Assembly: GCA_044868695.1 (NCBI GenBank) | Contig: JBIOWP010000006.1 | Coordinates: 1 to 20,459 of the forward strand | Direction of reading: 5' to 3' | Source of the DNA: a bacterium | Lineage (GTDB): Bacteria; Sysuimicrobiota; Sysuimicrobiia; Sysuimicrobiales; Kaftiobacteriaceae | Length of the DNA stretch: 20,459 nt | In this document: positions 1 through 7,959 of the stretch, one piece after another | How the letters are laid out: each line of letters starts with the position of its first letter | Numbering within the stretch: position 1 is the first letter of the stretch | Notes under the pieces: generated by a model | The model's input: the letters and a program-made list of their open reading frames with translations, nothing else | Told to the model about the DNA's origin: nothing | Databases searched by the model: none | Program-made: the position numbers and the translations under genes

Positions 1-1
1 C

Positions 2-517
2 GGCATCGTCAACAAGCTGCTGACAATCGGCGGGCTGGGGGCCCTGGCGCGCCCGTGGCTGGGAGATGAGCAGACGGCGCTGCTCACGCTGACGCTGGTG
101 AACGCGTGGCGGTGGCTCGGATTTCCCACGATTGTGTTCCTGGCCGGCATCAACGCGGTGCCCGAGGAGTACCTCGAGGCCGCGCGCATCGACGGGGCGG
201 GGGAGTGGCCGGTGATCCGCCACATCATCTTCCCCCTGCTGGCGCCGGCCGTCACGATCATCGTGCTGCTGACCTTCATCGGATCGTTCAACTGGTTCGA
301 GCTGCCCTACGTGATGCAGGGCGTCTCCGGGGCGCCCAACCGGGGGACCGACGTCCTGAGCCTGCTGTTCTATCGAACGGCGTTTGGCGAAGTGGACACC
401 GGACTGCAGGACATCGGCATCGGATCGGCGATCGCCGTGTTGATGTTCCTCGTACTGGTCACGGTGTCGGCGTTTGCCGCGGTCTGGCTGCGCCGGCGCG
501 AGGTGGAACTCGCGTGA
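2..517 (+). CDS. Carbohydrate ABC transporter permease (MalF/UgpA-like), 5'-truncated by the window edge
   Basis: The frame is open from base 2 (GIVNKLLTIGGLGALARPWLGD...). It has the EAA loop 'EEYLEAARIDGA', 'FNWFELPYVM' and hydrophobic segments. The TGA at 515-517 overlaps the next GTG. Confidence 0.92.
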   Translation, partial: GIVNKLLTIGGLGALARPWLGDEQTALLTLTLVNAWRWLGFPTIVFLAGINAVPEEYLEAARIDGAGEWPVIRHIIFPLLAPAVTIIVLLTFIGSFNWFELPYVMQGVSGAPNRGTDVLSLLFYRTAFGEVDTGLQDIGIGSAIAVLMFLVLVTVSAFAAVWLRRREVELA

Positions 518-1341
518 CCGCGAAGACGGCGTGGGCGCCGCTGATCCAGCTCGTGCTCATCGCAAATGCGCTGCTGGTGTTGGCTCCGATGCTGATCATG
601 GGACTGTCCGCCTTCAAGAATACACGCGAGATTTTCCAGAATCCCTTCGGCCTGCCCGCCGTCTGGCGGTGGGAGAATTTTTCGCGGGTGTGGGTCGACG
701 CGAAGTTCGCGCTGTACTTCCGGAACAGCGCCGCCGTCACCGTCGCGTCCGTCATCGTGATCCTCGCGCTGGGGGCGATGGCCGGCTACGCGCTCGGCCG
801 CTTTCGCTTCGGGGGCAACGACCTGCTGTACCTGTACTTTCTCAGCGGGCTCATGCTGCCGATCCGGCTCGGGATCATTCCTCTGTTCATCTTAATGCGC
901 AACCTGCGCCTGCTGGACACGCCCTGGTCGCTGATCCTGACCTACGCGGCCAGCGGGCTGCCGAGCGCGGTGTTCATCCTGACGGGGTTCTTCCGCGCGC
1001 TGCCGTCCGATCTCGACAGCGCCGCCCGCATCGACGGCGCCGGCGAGTGGCTGATCTACCGGCGGATCATGCTGCCCCTGGTCCGGCCGGCCCTGGTGAT
1101 CGTGGCCGTGTACAACATCATTCCGATCTGGAACGACTTTTTCTTTCCCCTGGTCTTCATCCAGTCGGACCGGCTGAAGACCCTGCCGCTGGGGATGACC
1201 TCGTTTTTCGGCCAATACTACACCGACTGGGCGACCCTGTTCGCCGGGCTCACCCTGGCGGCCGTCCCGGTCGTGGCGCTGTACGTCCTGCTTTCGCAGC
1301 ACTTCATCCGCGGCCTGACAGCCGGGGCGGTCAAAGGATAG
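514..1341 (+). CDS. Carbohydrate ABC transporter permease (MalG/UgpE-like)
   Basis: GTG at 514 in a GTGA overlap, with an SD-like GAGGTGG upstream. Motifs 'AGYALGRFRF', EAA loop 'DLDSAARIDGA', 'WNDFFFPL' and C-terminal 'FIRGLTAGAVKG'. The ORF-track start at 106 is an upstream extension. Confidence 0.92.
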   Translation: MTAKTAWAPLIQLVLIANALLVLAPMLIMGLSAFKNTREIFQNPFGLPAVWRWENFSRVWVDAKFALYFRNSAAVTVASVIVILALGAMAGYALGRFRFGGNDLLYLYFLSGLMLPIRLGIIPLFILMRNLRLLDTPWSLILTYAASGLPSAVFILTGFFRALPSDLDSAARIDGAGEWLIYRRIMLPLVRPALVIVAVYNIIPIWNDFFFPLVFIQSDRLKTLPLGMTSFFGQYYTDWATLFAGLTLAAVPVVALYVLLSQHFIRGLTAGAVKG

Positions 1342-1346
1342 GTAAA

Positions 1347-1462
1347 TTCGTCGGTGCCTGGCACCGACGAAAAAGGCCGAGGGAGGACGCCGAGTGGAGC
1401 AGGGGTCCTTCGTCGGTGACAGGCACCGACGAAAATGGGTGGGGGAGGACGCTGAGTGGAGC
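1347..1462. repeat. Two-copy direct repeat with a 62-bp period (1347-1400 and 1409-1462), each copy starting with a 25-bp palindrome
   Basis: The copies match at 47/54 positions by manual alignment. Palindromes are TTCGTCGGTGCC-T-GGCACCGACGAA (1347-1371) and TTCGTCGGTG-ACAGG-CACCGACGAA (1409-1433). Both copies end in GGGAGGACGCYGAGTGGAGC. Confidence 0.9.
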
Positions 1463-2148
1463 GGGCGCTGATCGATCGGCTGTTCGGTGGGCTGGTCGTC
1501 TCCTGTCAGGCGCGGGCGGGGCATCCGCTGCATGACCCGGCGATCATGGCGGCGATGGCGAAGGCGGCTGTGGCCGGGGGCGCGGTGGGCGTCCGCGTCA
1601 ACGGGGAGGATGACGTCCGCGAGGTGCGCCGGGCTGTAGACGTGCCCATCATCGGCATCCGCAAGGTGTCGACGCCGGACTCACCCGTCTACATCACCCC
1701 GACATTCGAGGATGCGCACGTGATCGCGGAGGCCGGGGCGGACATCATTGCGCTCGACGCAACGGCGCGCCCTCGCCCGAGAGGGGAACGGTTGGACGAC
1801 CTGATTCCCCGGATCAAGAAGATGCTCAACCGGCCGGTGATGGCGGACGTCGCCACGCTCGAGGAGGGTGTGCGCGCCGCGGAGCTCGGCGCCGACCTGA
1901 TTGCCTCGACGCTGTCTGGATACACGGGCGACGGTCCCACGCCCGAGGGGCCGGATCTCGATCTAGTCCGGGAGTTGGTGGCGTTGCGCCGGGCGCCGGT
2001 AGTGGCCGAAGGACGCTATCATACTCCGGCGCTGGTCCGGGACGCGCTGCGCGCCGGTGCACTCGCCGTCGTGGTGGGCCGGGCGATCACCGACCCGCTG
2101 GTGCTGACGCAGATGTTCGCCGCCGTGACCCGGGAGTTCCGGCGGTGA
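1456..2148 (+). CDS. nanE: N-acetylmannosamine-6-phosphate 2-epimerase
   Basis: NanE signatures 'GLVVSCQA', 'VPIIGIRK' (catalytic Lys), 'VYITPT', 'IALDAT', 'VMADVAT', 'STLSGYT', 'VVAEGRY' and 'VVVGRAIT'. GGAGG SD precedes GTG 1456. Confidence 0.93.
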   Translation: MERALIDRLFGGLVVSCQARAGHPLHDPAIMAAMAKAAVAGGAVGVRVNGEDDVREVRRAVDVPIIGIRKVSTPDSPVYITPTFEDAHVIAEAGADIIALDATARPRPRGERLDDLIPRIKKMLNRPVMADVATLEEGVRAAELGADLIASTLSGYTGDGPTPEGPDLDLVRELVALRRAPVVAEGRYHTPALVRDALRAGALAVVVGRAITDPLVLTQMFAAVTREFRR

Positions 2149-3125
2149 CGGGCATCGTCGTGGCGGGTGTGGACGGCGGTGCGTCGTCGACTGCGTGTGT
2201 TCTCGTCGATGCCACCGGAGGTATCGTGGGCGCGGGACACGGTGGACCGGTGGACCATCTGTACCGGGCCTCGGGGCGGGCGCAGACGCGCCGCGCGCTG
2301 CGTGACGCATTTGCCTCGGCCCGGGCCGCATCGAGGCGACGCGTCGAGATCCGCGCCGTGGTCGCGGGGCTCACAGGGCTGGAGCCGGATTCGCGCGCAT
2401 CGGGCACAGCCATCCGCATCGTCCGCGAGGCCGCGCACGCGCGGGTCGTCCGCGCCACATGGGACGCCGAGATCGCGTTCGCCGGCGCGTCGGCCGGCCG
2501 ACCGGGCGTGCTGGTCATCGCCGGCACAGGCTCGGTCGCCTTCGGGCGCAACGCGAGAGGCCGCACCGTGCGCGCGGGCGGATTCGGATATCTGATCGAC
2601 GACGCCGGCGGCGGGGTCAGCATCGGACAGGCGGCGGTGCGGGCTGCGCTGCGGAGCGCGGAAGGCCGCGTTCGGCCGACGATGCTGCTGCCTTTGGTCA
2701 CCGCCCGGCTTGGCCCGTGGCGGCGGATTCGAGCGCGAGTGTACGGTGAGGGCGGCGGGCGCGCGTTGCTGGCGTCGCTCGTGCCGTTGGTGTCGCGGGC
2801 CGCGCGGCGGGGAGACCGCGTAGCGCGTGGGATTCTTCACGATGCCGGAAGCGAACTGGGCGCGCTCGTCGTCGCGGTAGCCTCACGCCTGGGGATGCTC
2901 GACGAGCCGTTTCCGGTCTTTCCGGTCGGCGGCGTGTTCGAGATAGGACGGCCGGTGTTCGATCCGATGCGGCAGGCCATCCGTGCACGCGCGCCTCACG
3001 CCGTTATCCGCCCTCCGGCGTTTCCCCCGGAGATCGGCGCGGCGCTGATGGCGCTGGAAGCAGCGGGAGTGGCGCTGACGCCGGAGGTGCTGCAGCGGCT
3101 CGCTCGGTCTGCCAGGGGGAGATAG
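2145..3125 (+). CDS. BadF/BadG/BcrA/BcrD-family (ASKHA) sugar kinase, probable N-acetylhexosamine kinase
   Basis: 'AGVDGGASST' phosphate-1 motif, 'VIAGTGSVAFG', 'RAGGFGYLIDDAGGG' and 'VGGVF'. GTGA overlap with nanE. Confidence 0.85.
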   Translation: MTGIVVAGVDGGASSTACVLVDATGGIVGAGHGGPVDHLYRASGRAQTRRALRDAFASARAASRRRVEIRAVVAGLTGLEPDSRASGTAIRIVREAAHARVVRATWDAEIAFAGASAGRPGVLVIAGTGSVAFGRNARGRTVRAGGFGYLIDDAGGGVSIGQAAVRAALRSAEGRVRPTMLLPLVTARLGPWRRIRARVYGEGGGRALLASLVPLVSRAARRGDRVARGILHDAGSELGALVVAVASRLGMLDEPFPVFPVGGVFEIGRPVFDPMRQAIRARAPHAVIRPPAFPPEIGAALMALEAAGVALTPEVLQRLARSARGR

Positions 3126-3162
3126 CGACTGGTGCGAATAGTGACACTGGGGGGTGGGATGC

Positions 3163-4206
3163 GTGGACAAAGTAACGTTGCTGGCTCCGTCGCTGACGCG
3201 ACGCGGGCTACTTAAAGGAGGATTGGCGCTCGCCGGTCTGGCCGCGATCGGGGGCGCGCCCGCGAAGCTGCTGCGGGCCGCCGTCGCCCAATCGCCGGCG
3301 CAGATGGCGCTGCAGCTCGGCTGGTTCGCCAACAGCCAGATGGCCGGTGACTTTACCGCCATCGGCAAAGGGTACTTCAAGGATGTGGGCATCGACGTCC
3401 GGGTCGTCCCCGGTGGGCCGTCCATTGATCCGGTCGGCGTGGTGGCCAGCGGGTCGGTGCCGATCGGGAACGTGGCGTCGATCGGCGTGCTGGTGTCGGG
3501 CCGCAGCCGCGACGTCCCGGTAAAGGCGTTCGCGACCGCGTACCAGCGCCATCCCTTCGCCTTCTTCTTCCTCCGCGGCAAGGGCATCAAGACGCCCGCG
3601 GATTTTGCCGGCAAGACGATCGGCATCCAAGGCACCGCCCGCCCGCTGCTGGACGCGGTGTTGGCCAAGTACAATGTCCCCCGCGACAAGGTCAACGTGA
3701 TCATCATCGGTGGGACCACGACGCCGCTGCTGACCGGCCAGGCCGACGTCGTCACCGGGTGGGTCATCAACTACGCGCAGAACCTGCCCATCGAAGGCCG
3801 CGCCGACCACTTCCTGCTTTGGGACCTCGGCATCCGCATGTACGCCTACACCTACTTCACGACCGACCAGGTGTACAACACGCGCAAGGACGTGCTCGTG
3901 CGGTACATCGCCGCGGCAGCGAAGGGGTGGCTGTACGCGAAGGATCATCCCGAGGAGGCCGTGGATCTGGTGCTCAAGTCTGCCAGCGGTCTCGAGCGCG
4001 AGATGGAGCTGCCCACCTGGAAGATCGCCGCGCCGTACATGAACTCCATGGCCACCAAGCAGTATGGGTGGGGCTACATGGATCCGCAGGTCTGGGCGGC
4101 GTTGTCTCAGACATACCTGTCGCTGGACCAGATCCCGCGCCGGGTCAATCCCGACGAGGTCATGACCAACGAGGTCGTCCTGGCGGCCAAGACGCCCAGA
4201 CTCTAG
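3163..4206 (+). CDS. ABC transporter substrate-binding protein, NMT1/THI5 (SsuA-like) family, Tat-exported
   Basis: Twin-arginine signal 'TRRGLLKG', 'LQLGWFANSQMAG', 'KGYFKDVGIDV..PGG', 'TPADFAGKTIG' and 'HPEEAVD'. I prefer the start at GTG 3163 (G-rich SD 3149-3156) over the ORF-track 3154. Confidence 0.85.
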   Translation: MDKVTLLAPSLTRRGLLKGGLALAGLAAIGGAPAKLLRAAVAQSPAQMALQLGWFANSQMAGDFTAIGKGYFKDVGIDVRVVPGGPSIDPVGVVASGSVPIGNVASIGVLVSGRSRDVPVKAFATAYQRHPFAFFFLRGKGIKTPADFAGKTIGIQGTARPLLDAVLAKYNVPRDKVNVIIIGGTTTPLLTGQADVVTGWVINYAQNLPIEGRADHFLLWDLGIRMYAYTYFTTDQVYNTRKDVLVRYIAAAAKGWLYAKDHPEEAVDLVLKSASGLEREMELPTWKIAAPYMNSMATKQYGWGYMDPQVWAALSQTYLSLDQIPRRVNPDEVMTNEVVLAAKTPRL

Positions 4207-4215
4207 GTCGCCGAC

Positions 4216-5028
4216 GTGACCACCGTGCGCACCGGGATGCCTGCCGCCGTCGGGAGCGCCGTCGAGATTGCGTTGCGCAACGTCTCGATGGTCTTCCCGG
4301 CAGCGGCCGGTCCGGTGCGCGCGCTGCATGAGATCACCTTCGAGATCCAGCAGGGCGAGTTTGTCTCCCTCATCGGCCCGTCGGGCTGCGGCAAGTCCAC
4401 CGTGCTGCGCCTGGTGGCCGATGTCCTGCAGCCGACCGCCGGCATGATCGAAGTCCGTGCGAATCCGCCGGCGCGCGCCCGGGCGGCCCGGGAGTTCGGG
4501 TTCGTGTTCCAGCAGTCCGGGCTGCTGCTCTGGCGCAGCGCGCTGGCGAACGTGACGCTGCCGCTGGAAGTCGGCGGATGGGGCCGGCGCCACCAGCCGC
4601 CGCAGCCCCCGGAAGCGCTGCTGGACCTGGTGGGTCTGAAGGGGTTTGAGGCGGCCTTCCCGCGGCAGTTGTCGGGTGGGATGCAGCAGCGCGTGGCGAT
4701 CGCCCGGGCGCTGGTGACCGGACCGAGGATCCTGCTGATGGACGAGCCGTTCGGCGCGCTGGACGAGATCACGCGCGATCACATGAACGAGGAGATCCTC
4801 CGCATCTGGCAGGCGACGGGCACGACGATCCTCTTCGTCACCCACAGCATCCCGGAGGCCGTCTATCTGTCGCACCGCGTCCTCGTGCTCTCGCCGCGAC
4901 CGGGGCGGATCGTCGAAGAGATCCCGATCGATCTGCCGTCGCCCCGGCGGCAGTCGCTCAAAGACACGCCCGAGTTCTCACGCTACACCGCCGCGGTCCG
5001 GCGCGCCCTCGCCGTGGGAGGGTCATGA
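4216..5028 (+). CDS. ABC transporter ATP-binding protein (NitT/TauT/SsuB family)
   Basis: Walker A 'GPSGCGKST', signature 'LSGGMQQR', Walker B 'LLMDEPFGALD' and H-loop 'FVTHSIPEA'. The start could instead be ATG 4237. Confidence 0.93.
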   Translation: MTTVRTGMPAAVGSAVEIALRNVSMVFPAAAGPVRALHEITFEIQQGEFVSLIGPSGCGKSTVLRLVADVLQPTAGMIEVRANPPARARAAREFGFVFQQSGLLLWRSALANVTLPLEVGGWGRRHQPPQPPEALLDLVGLKGFEAAFPRQLSGGMQQRVAIARALVTGPRILLMDEPFGALDEITRDHMNEEILRIWQATGTTILFVTHSIPEAVYLSHRVLVLSPRPGRIVEEIPIDLPSPRRQSLKDTPEFSRYTAAVRRALAVGGS

Positions 5029-5849
5029 TGCGCGCCGCGGTCACCGCCCCGCCGGCGGACGTCTCCGAGCGCGCGGTGGCCGAGGCGCGCGCCACCGCCT
5101 CGCGGACCCTGTTGCGCCGCTTGGTGATTCCGCTGGTCGCGGTCGTGACCGTGGTCGTGCTGTGGGATGTCGTGGTGCGCGTTTTGGAGCTTCCCGCGTT
5201 TGTGATCCCGCGCCCGGCCGCCGTCGGCGCGGCGCTGGTCCGCGAGCGCGCCCGGCTCGTTGAAAACGCGATCCCGACGATCTTTGAGAGCCTCGGCGGG
5301 TTTGCACTGGGCAACTCGCTCGCGATTCTCACGGCGATCGCGTTCGTGTACAACCGGACGCTGCAGCGGTCGCTGTATCCGGTCGCCGTCGCGGTCCGCA
5401 CGCTGCCGATCGTCGCCATCAGCCCCATCCTCGTGCTGATGCTGGGCAACGGCTATGCGCCCAAGGTGGCCATCGCGGCGCTCATCACCTATTTCCCGAC
5501 GCTGGTCAACATGGTCGAGGGGCTGGAGTCCGCGGATCCCCAGGCGATGGAGTTGATGCACGTGCTGTCCGCCACGCGGACCGAAGGGTTCCGGTACGTG
5601 CGGTGGCCGTCGTCGCTGCCATACCTGTTTTCCGCGCTGCGGATCGCGTCGACGTCCTGCGTGCTGGGCGCGATCGTCGCCGAGTGGATCGGGACCAACA
5701 AGGGGCTGGGCTATCTCATCGTGCTGACGACCTACGACTTTCGCACGGCGCTGCTGTACGCCTCGATGGTCGTGGCCTCGGCGCTCGCGCTGTCCCTCTT
5801 CTTCCTGGTCAGCATCCTGGAGTGGGCGGTGGTCCGGTGGAAGCAGTGA
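5025..5849 (+). CDS. ABC transporter permease (NitT/TauT/SsuC family)
   Basis: 'FVIPRP', 'RTLPIVAISP', 'PSSLPYLFSALRIA' and 'AIVAEWIGTNKGLGYLI'. ATGA overlap and GGGAGG SD. Confidence 0.92.
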   Translation: MMRAAVTAPPADVSERAVAEARATASRTLLRRLVIPLVAVVTVVVLWDVVVRVLELPAFVIPRPAAVGAALVRERARLVENAIPTIFESLGGFALGNSLAILTAIAFVYNRTLQRSLYPVAVAVRTLPIVAISPILVLMLGNGYAPKVAIAALITYFPTLVNMVEGLESADPQAMELMHVLSATRTEGFRYVRWPSSLPYLFSALRIASTSCVLGAIVAEWIGTNKGLGYLIVLTTYDFRTALLYASMVVASALALSLFFLVSILEWAVVRWKQ

Positions 5850-7180
5850 CGCGGACGATCCGGGAGCCCGACCGCCAGACGCCGGTGGCCGCGGAGAGCG
5901 ACGTGCTCGTGGTCGGCGGCGGGCCGGCGGGGCAGGCCGCGGCCGTGGCCGCCGCGCGCGCAGGGGCCGAGGTCACGCTGGTCGAGCGGTACGGGTATCT
6001 CGGCGGGCTCGCGTCCGGCGGCATGGTGCTCGTCCTTGACGACATGTGCGGCGAGGGGGAGGTGACCGTCGGCGGGCAGGCGCTGGAAATCATCGACCGC
6101 ATGCAGCGGATCGGCGCGTGCGTCGCCCCTCCGCGGGAGGACTGCTTCCGTAGCGACACGACGGTACGCAGCCGCTGGGTGCGCTGGGGGTTCGAGGACA
6201 TCTATGCGAAGGGTGCTCCCAAGCCCATCGTGTATGCCGCGTCGTTTGATCCGGAAGGCTGGAAGCAGGCGTCGCACGAGATGGTGGCGGAGGCCGGCGT
6301 CCGCGTCCGCTTCCACTCGTGGTGCGCGCAGACGATCGTCGAAGACGGCGCGGTCCGAGGGATCATCGCGGAGACGAAAGCCGGGCGCCAGGCGATCCTG
6401 GGCCGGGTGGTCATCGATGCGACCGGTGACGGCGACGTGTTCGGCCATACGAACGCGCCCACGGCGAAGGGGTCATACATCATCACGCTGGTCCACCGCC
6501 TCGCGGGCGTAGACACGGACGCGGCGATCCAGTTTGAGCGCGACCATCCGGACGCCGCGCGCGCGCTGGACGGACAGGTCAAACAGATCCTGGGCGGTTC
6601 CTGGGACATGTGGTGGCTCCTGACGCCGCGGCCGGGTGTCGTGTGGTGCAACTGCCCGCACATTCCGGGACTGGACGGGCTGTCTGTGGACGATCTCACC
6701 TACGTCGAGTTCGAAGGCCGCCGGCGCTTCATGAAGGTCCTCGCGTTCGTCCGCGAGCAGTTGCCGGGTTTCCGTCAGGCCTACATCCTGGACGCGGCGC
6801 CGCAGGTCGGCGTGCGGCAGACGCGGCTGCTCGACGGGGAATATGTCGTCACCAAGGACGACATCCTGGAAGGCAGGCGCTTCCCCGACGTGGTCGCCCG
6901 CGGCCGCAACTACTACACGCCGTACCGCAGCCTGATCCCGCGCAGCATCGACGGGCTGCTCGCGGCCGGCCGGTGCTATTCGGCGACGCCGGAGGCGCAG
7001 CGCATCAGCCGGGAGATTCCACCGGTGATGGTGATGGGGGAGGCAGCCGGTATCGCGGCGGCGCTGTCGCTGGAGTCGGGCGTTCCGCCGCGCCGCGTCG
7101 ACGTACCGGCGCTGCAGCGCCGGCTCCGGGCCGCCGGGGTTAACCTGGGGACGCTCGCGCCCATCGGGGGGACGGCATGA
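5846..7180 (+). CDS. FAD-dependent oxidoreductase (FAD_oxidored / PF12831-like), substrate unknown
   Basis: Rossmann 'DVLVVGGGPAG..AA..AAR.GA..LVERYGYLGG', 'VIDATGDGD', 'GVRQTR' and 'PYRSLIP...LLAAGRCYS'. The start is GTG 5846 in a GTGA overlap, not the ORF-track 5603. Confidence 0.87.
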   Translation: MTRTIREPDRQTPVAAESDVLVVGGGPAGQAAAVAAARAGAEVTLVERYGYLGGLASGGMVLVLDDMCGEGEVTVGGQALEIIDRMQRIGACVAPPREDCFRSDTTVRSRWVRWGFEDIYAKGAPKPIVYAASFDPEGWKQASHEMVAEAGVRVRFHSWCAQTIVEDGAVRGIIAETKAGRQAILGRVVIDATGDGDVFGHTNAPTAKGSYIITLVHRLAGVDTDAAIQFERDHPDAARALDGQVKQILGGSWDMWWLLTPRPGVVWCNCPHIPGLDGLSVDDLTYVEFEGRRRFMKVLAFVREQLPGFRQAYILDAAPQVGVRQTRLLDGEYVVTKDDILEGRRFPDVVARGRNYYTPYRSLIPRSIDGLLAAGRCYSATPEAQRISREIPPVMVMGEAAGIAAALSLESGVPPRRVDVPALQRRLRAAGVNLGTLAPIGGTA

Positions 7181-7959
7181 CACAATTCTGCCGGGTGGAG
7201 CGCGACGGCCACATGCTGACGGTGACCCTGAACCGTCCGGACGTTCGGAATGCGCTGCACCGCGCCGCCACCGACGAGCTCGACGGAGTGTGGACGGCCT
7301 ATGAGGCGGATCCTGACCTGCGGGTGGCCATTCTGACCGGCGCCGGCGACCGGGCGTTCTGCGCCGGCTACGACATGAAAGATTCCTCAGAGCCGGCGGG
7401 GACCGCTTTTCTTGCGGGGCGGCACCCCCGGGGCATCGGCGGCCTGGCGCTGCGCTTCGGGATGAGCAAACCGATCGTCGCGGCCGTCAACGGCGTCGCG
7501 GTCGGCGGCGGATTCGAGCTCGCGCTGGCCTGCGACATCATCGTGGCCAGCGAGCAGGCGGAATTCGGGTTTCCCGAACCCCGGGTGGGCCGGATGGCCC
7601 TGGACGGCGGGATGCACCGGCTGGTGCGCCACGTGCCGCTGAAAGTCGCGATGGGAATGCTCCTCTCCGGGCGGCGCATCACGGCGGCCGACGCGTGGCG
7701 CATCGGGCTCGTGAATGAAATCGTGCCGCTGGCGGATCTGCCTGCCGCCTCACGCCGCTGGGCGGAGACGATTCTGGAAGGCGCCCCGCTGTCGGTCCAG
7801 GGAACGAAACAGGCGGCGATGGGAGCGCTGGGAAGGCCGCTGGATGAAGCGGTGGCGTTCGTGCCGCCGGCGATGGCACGGGCGCTGGAGTCTGCGGATC
7901 AAGACGAAGGTGTGCAGGCATTTCGCGAGAGGAGGTCGCCACGATGGACGGGCCGGTAG
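7177..7959 (+). CDS. Enoyl-CoA hydratase/isomerase (crotonase family, CaiD-like)
   Basis: 'LNRPDVRNAL', oxyanion 'AFCAGYDM', 'KPIVAAVNGVAVGGGFELALACD' and 'FGFPEPRVG'. Both catalytic Glu residues are present. Confidence 0.92.
   Translation: MTQFCRVERDGHMLTVTLNRPDVRNALHRAATDELDGVWTAYEADPDLRVAILTGAGDRAFCAGYDMKDSSEPAGTAFLAGRHPRGIGGLALRFGMSKPIVAAVNGVAVGGGFELALACDIIVASEQAEFGFPEPRVGRMALDGGMHRLVRHVPLKVAMGMLLSGRRITAADAWRIGLVNEIVPLADLPAASRRWAETILEGAPLSVQGTKQAAMGALGRPLDEAVAFVPPAMARALESADQDEGVQAFRERRSPRWTGR

Noticed and set aside
1347..1462. Mini CRISPR array (palindromic repeats with a 62-bp period, and a Cas4-like gene in the window)
   Set aside because: There are only two copies, and the would-be spacer sequence is itself duplicated. 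No leader or cas1/cas2 is present, and the Cas4-like gene is about 8 kb away in another operon.
3126..3162. TPP riboswitch ahead of the THI5-like binding protein
   Set aside because: The gap is only 37 bp and has no TPP aptamer motifs, so a thiamine-salvage role is not supported.
5603..5845. N-terminal extensions in the ORF track (also 106-513, 11505-11909, 14693-14785, 17113-17175, 17169-17852 and 19271-19837)
   Set aside because: They overlap the neighbouring real genes in another frame and are Arg/Gly/Pro-rich. Better starts exist at stop-start overlaps or next to SD sites.
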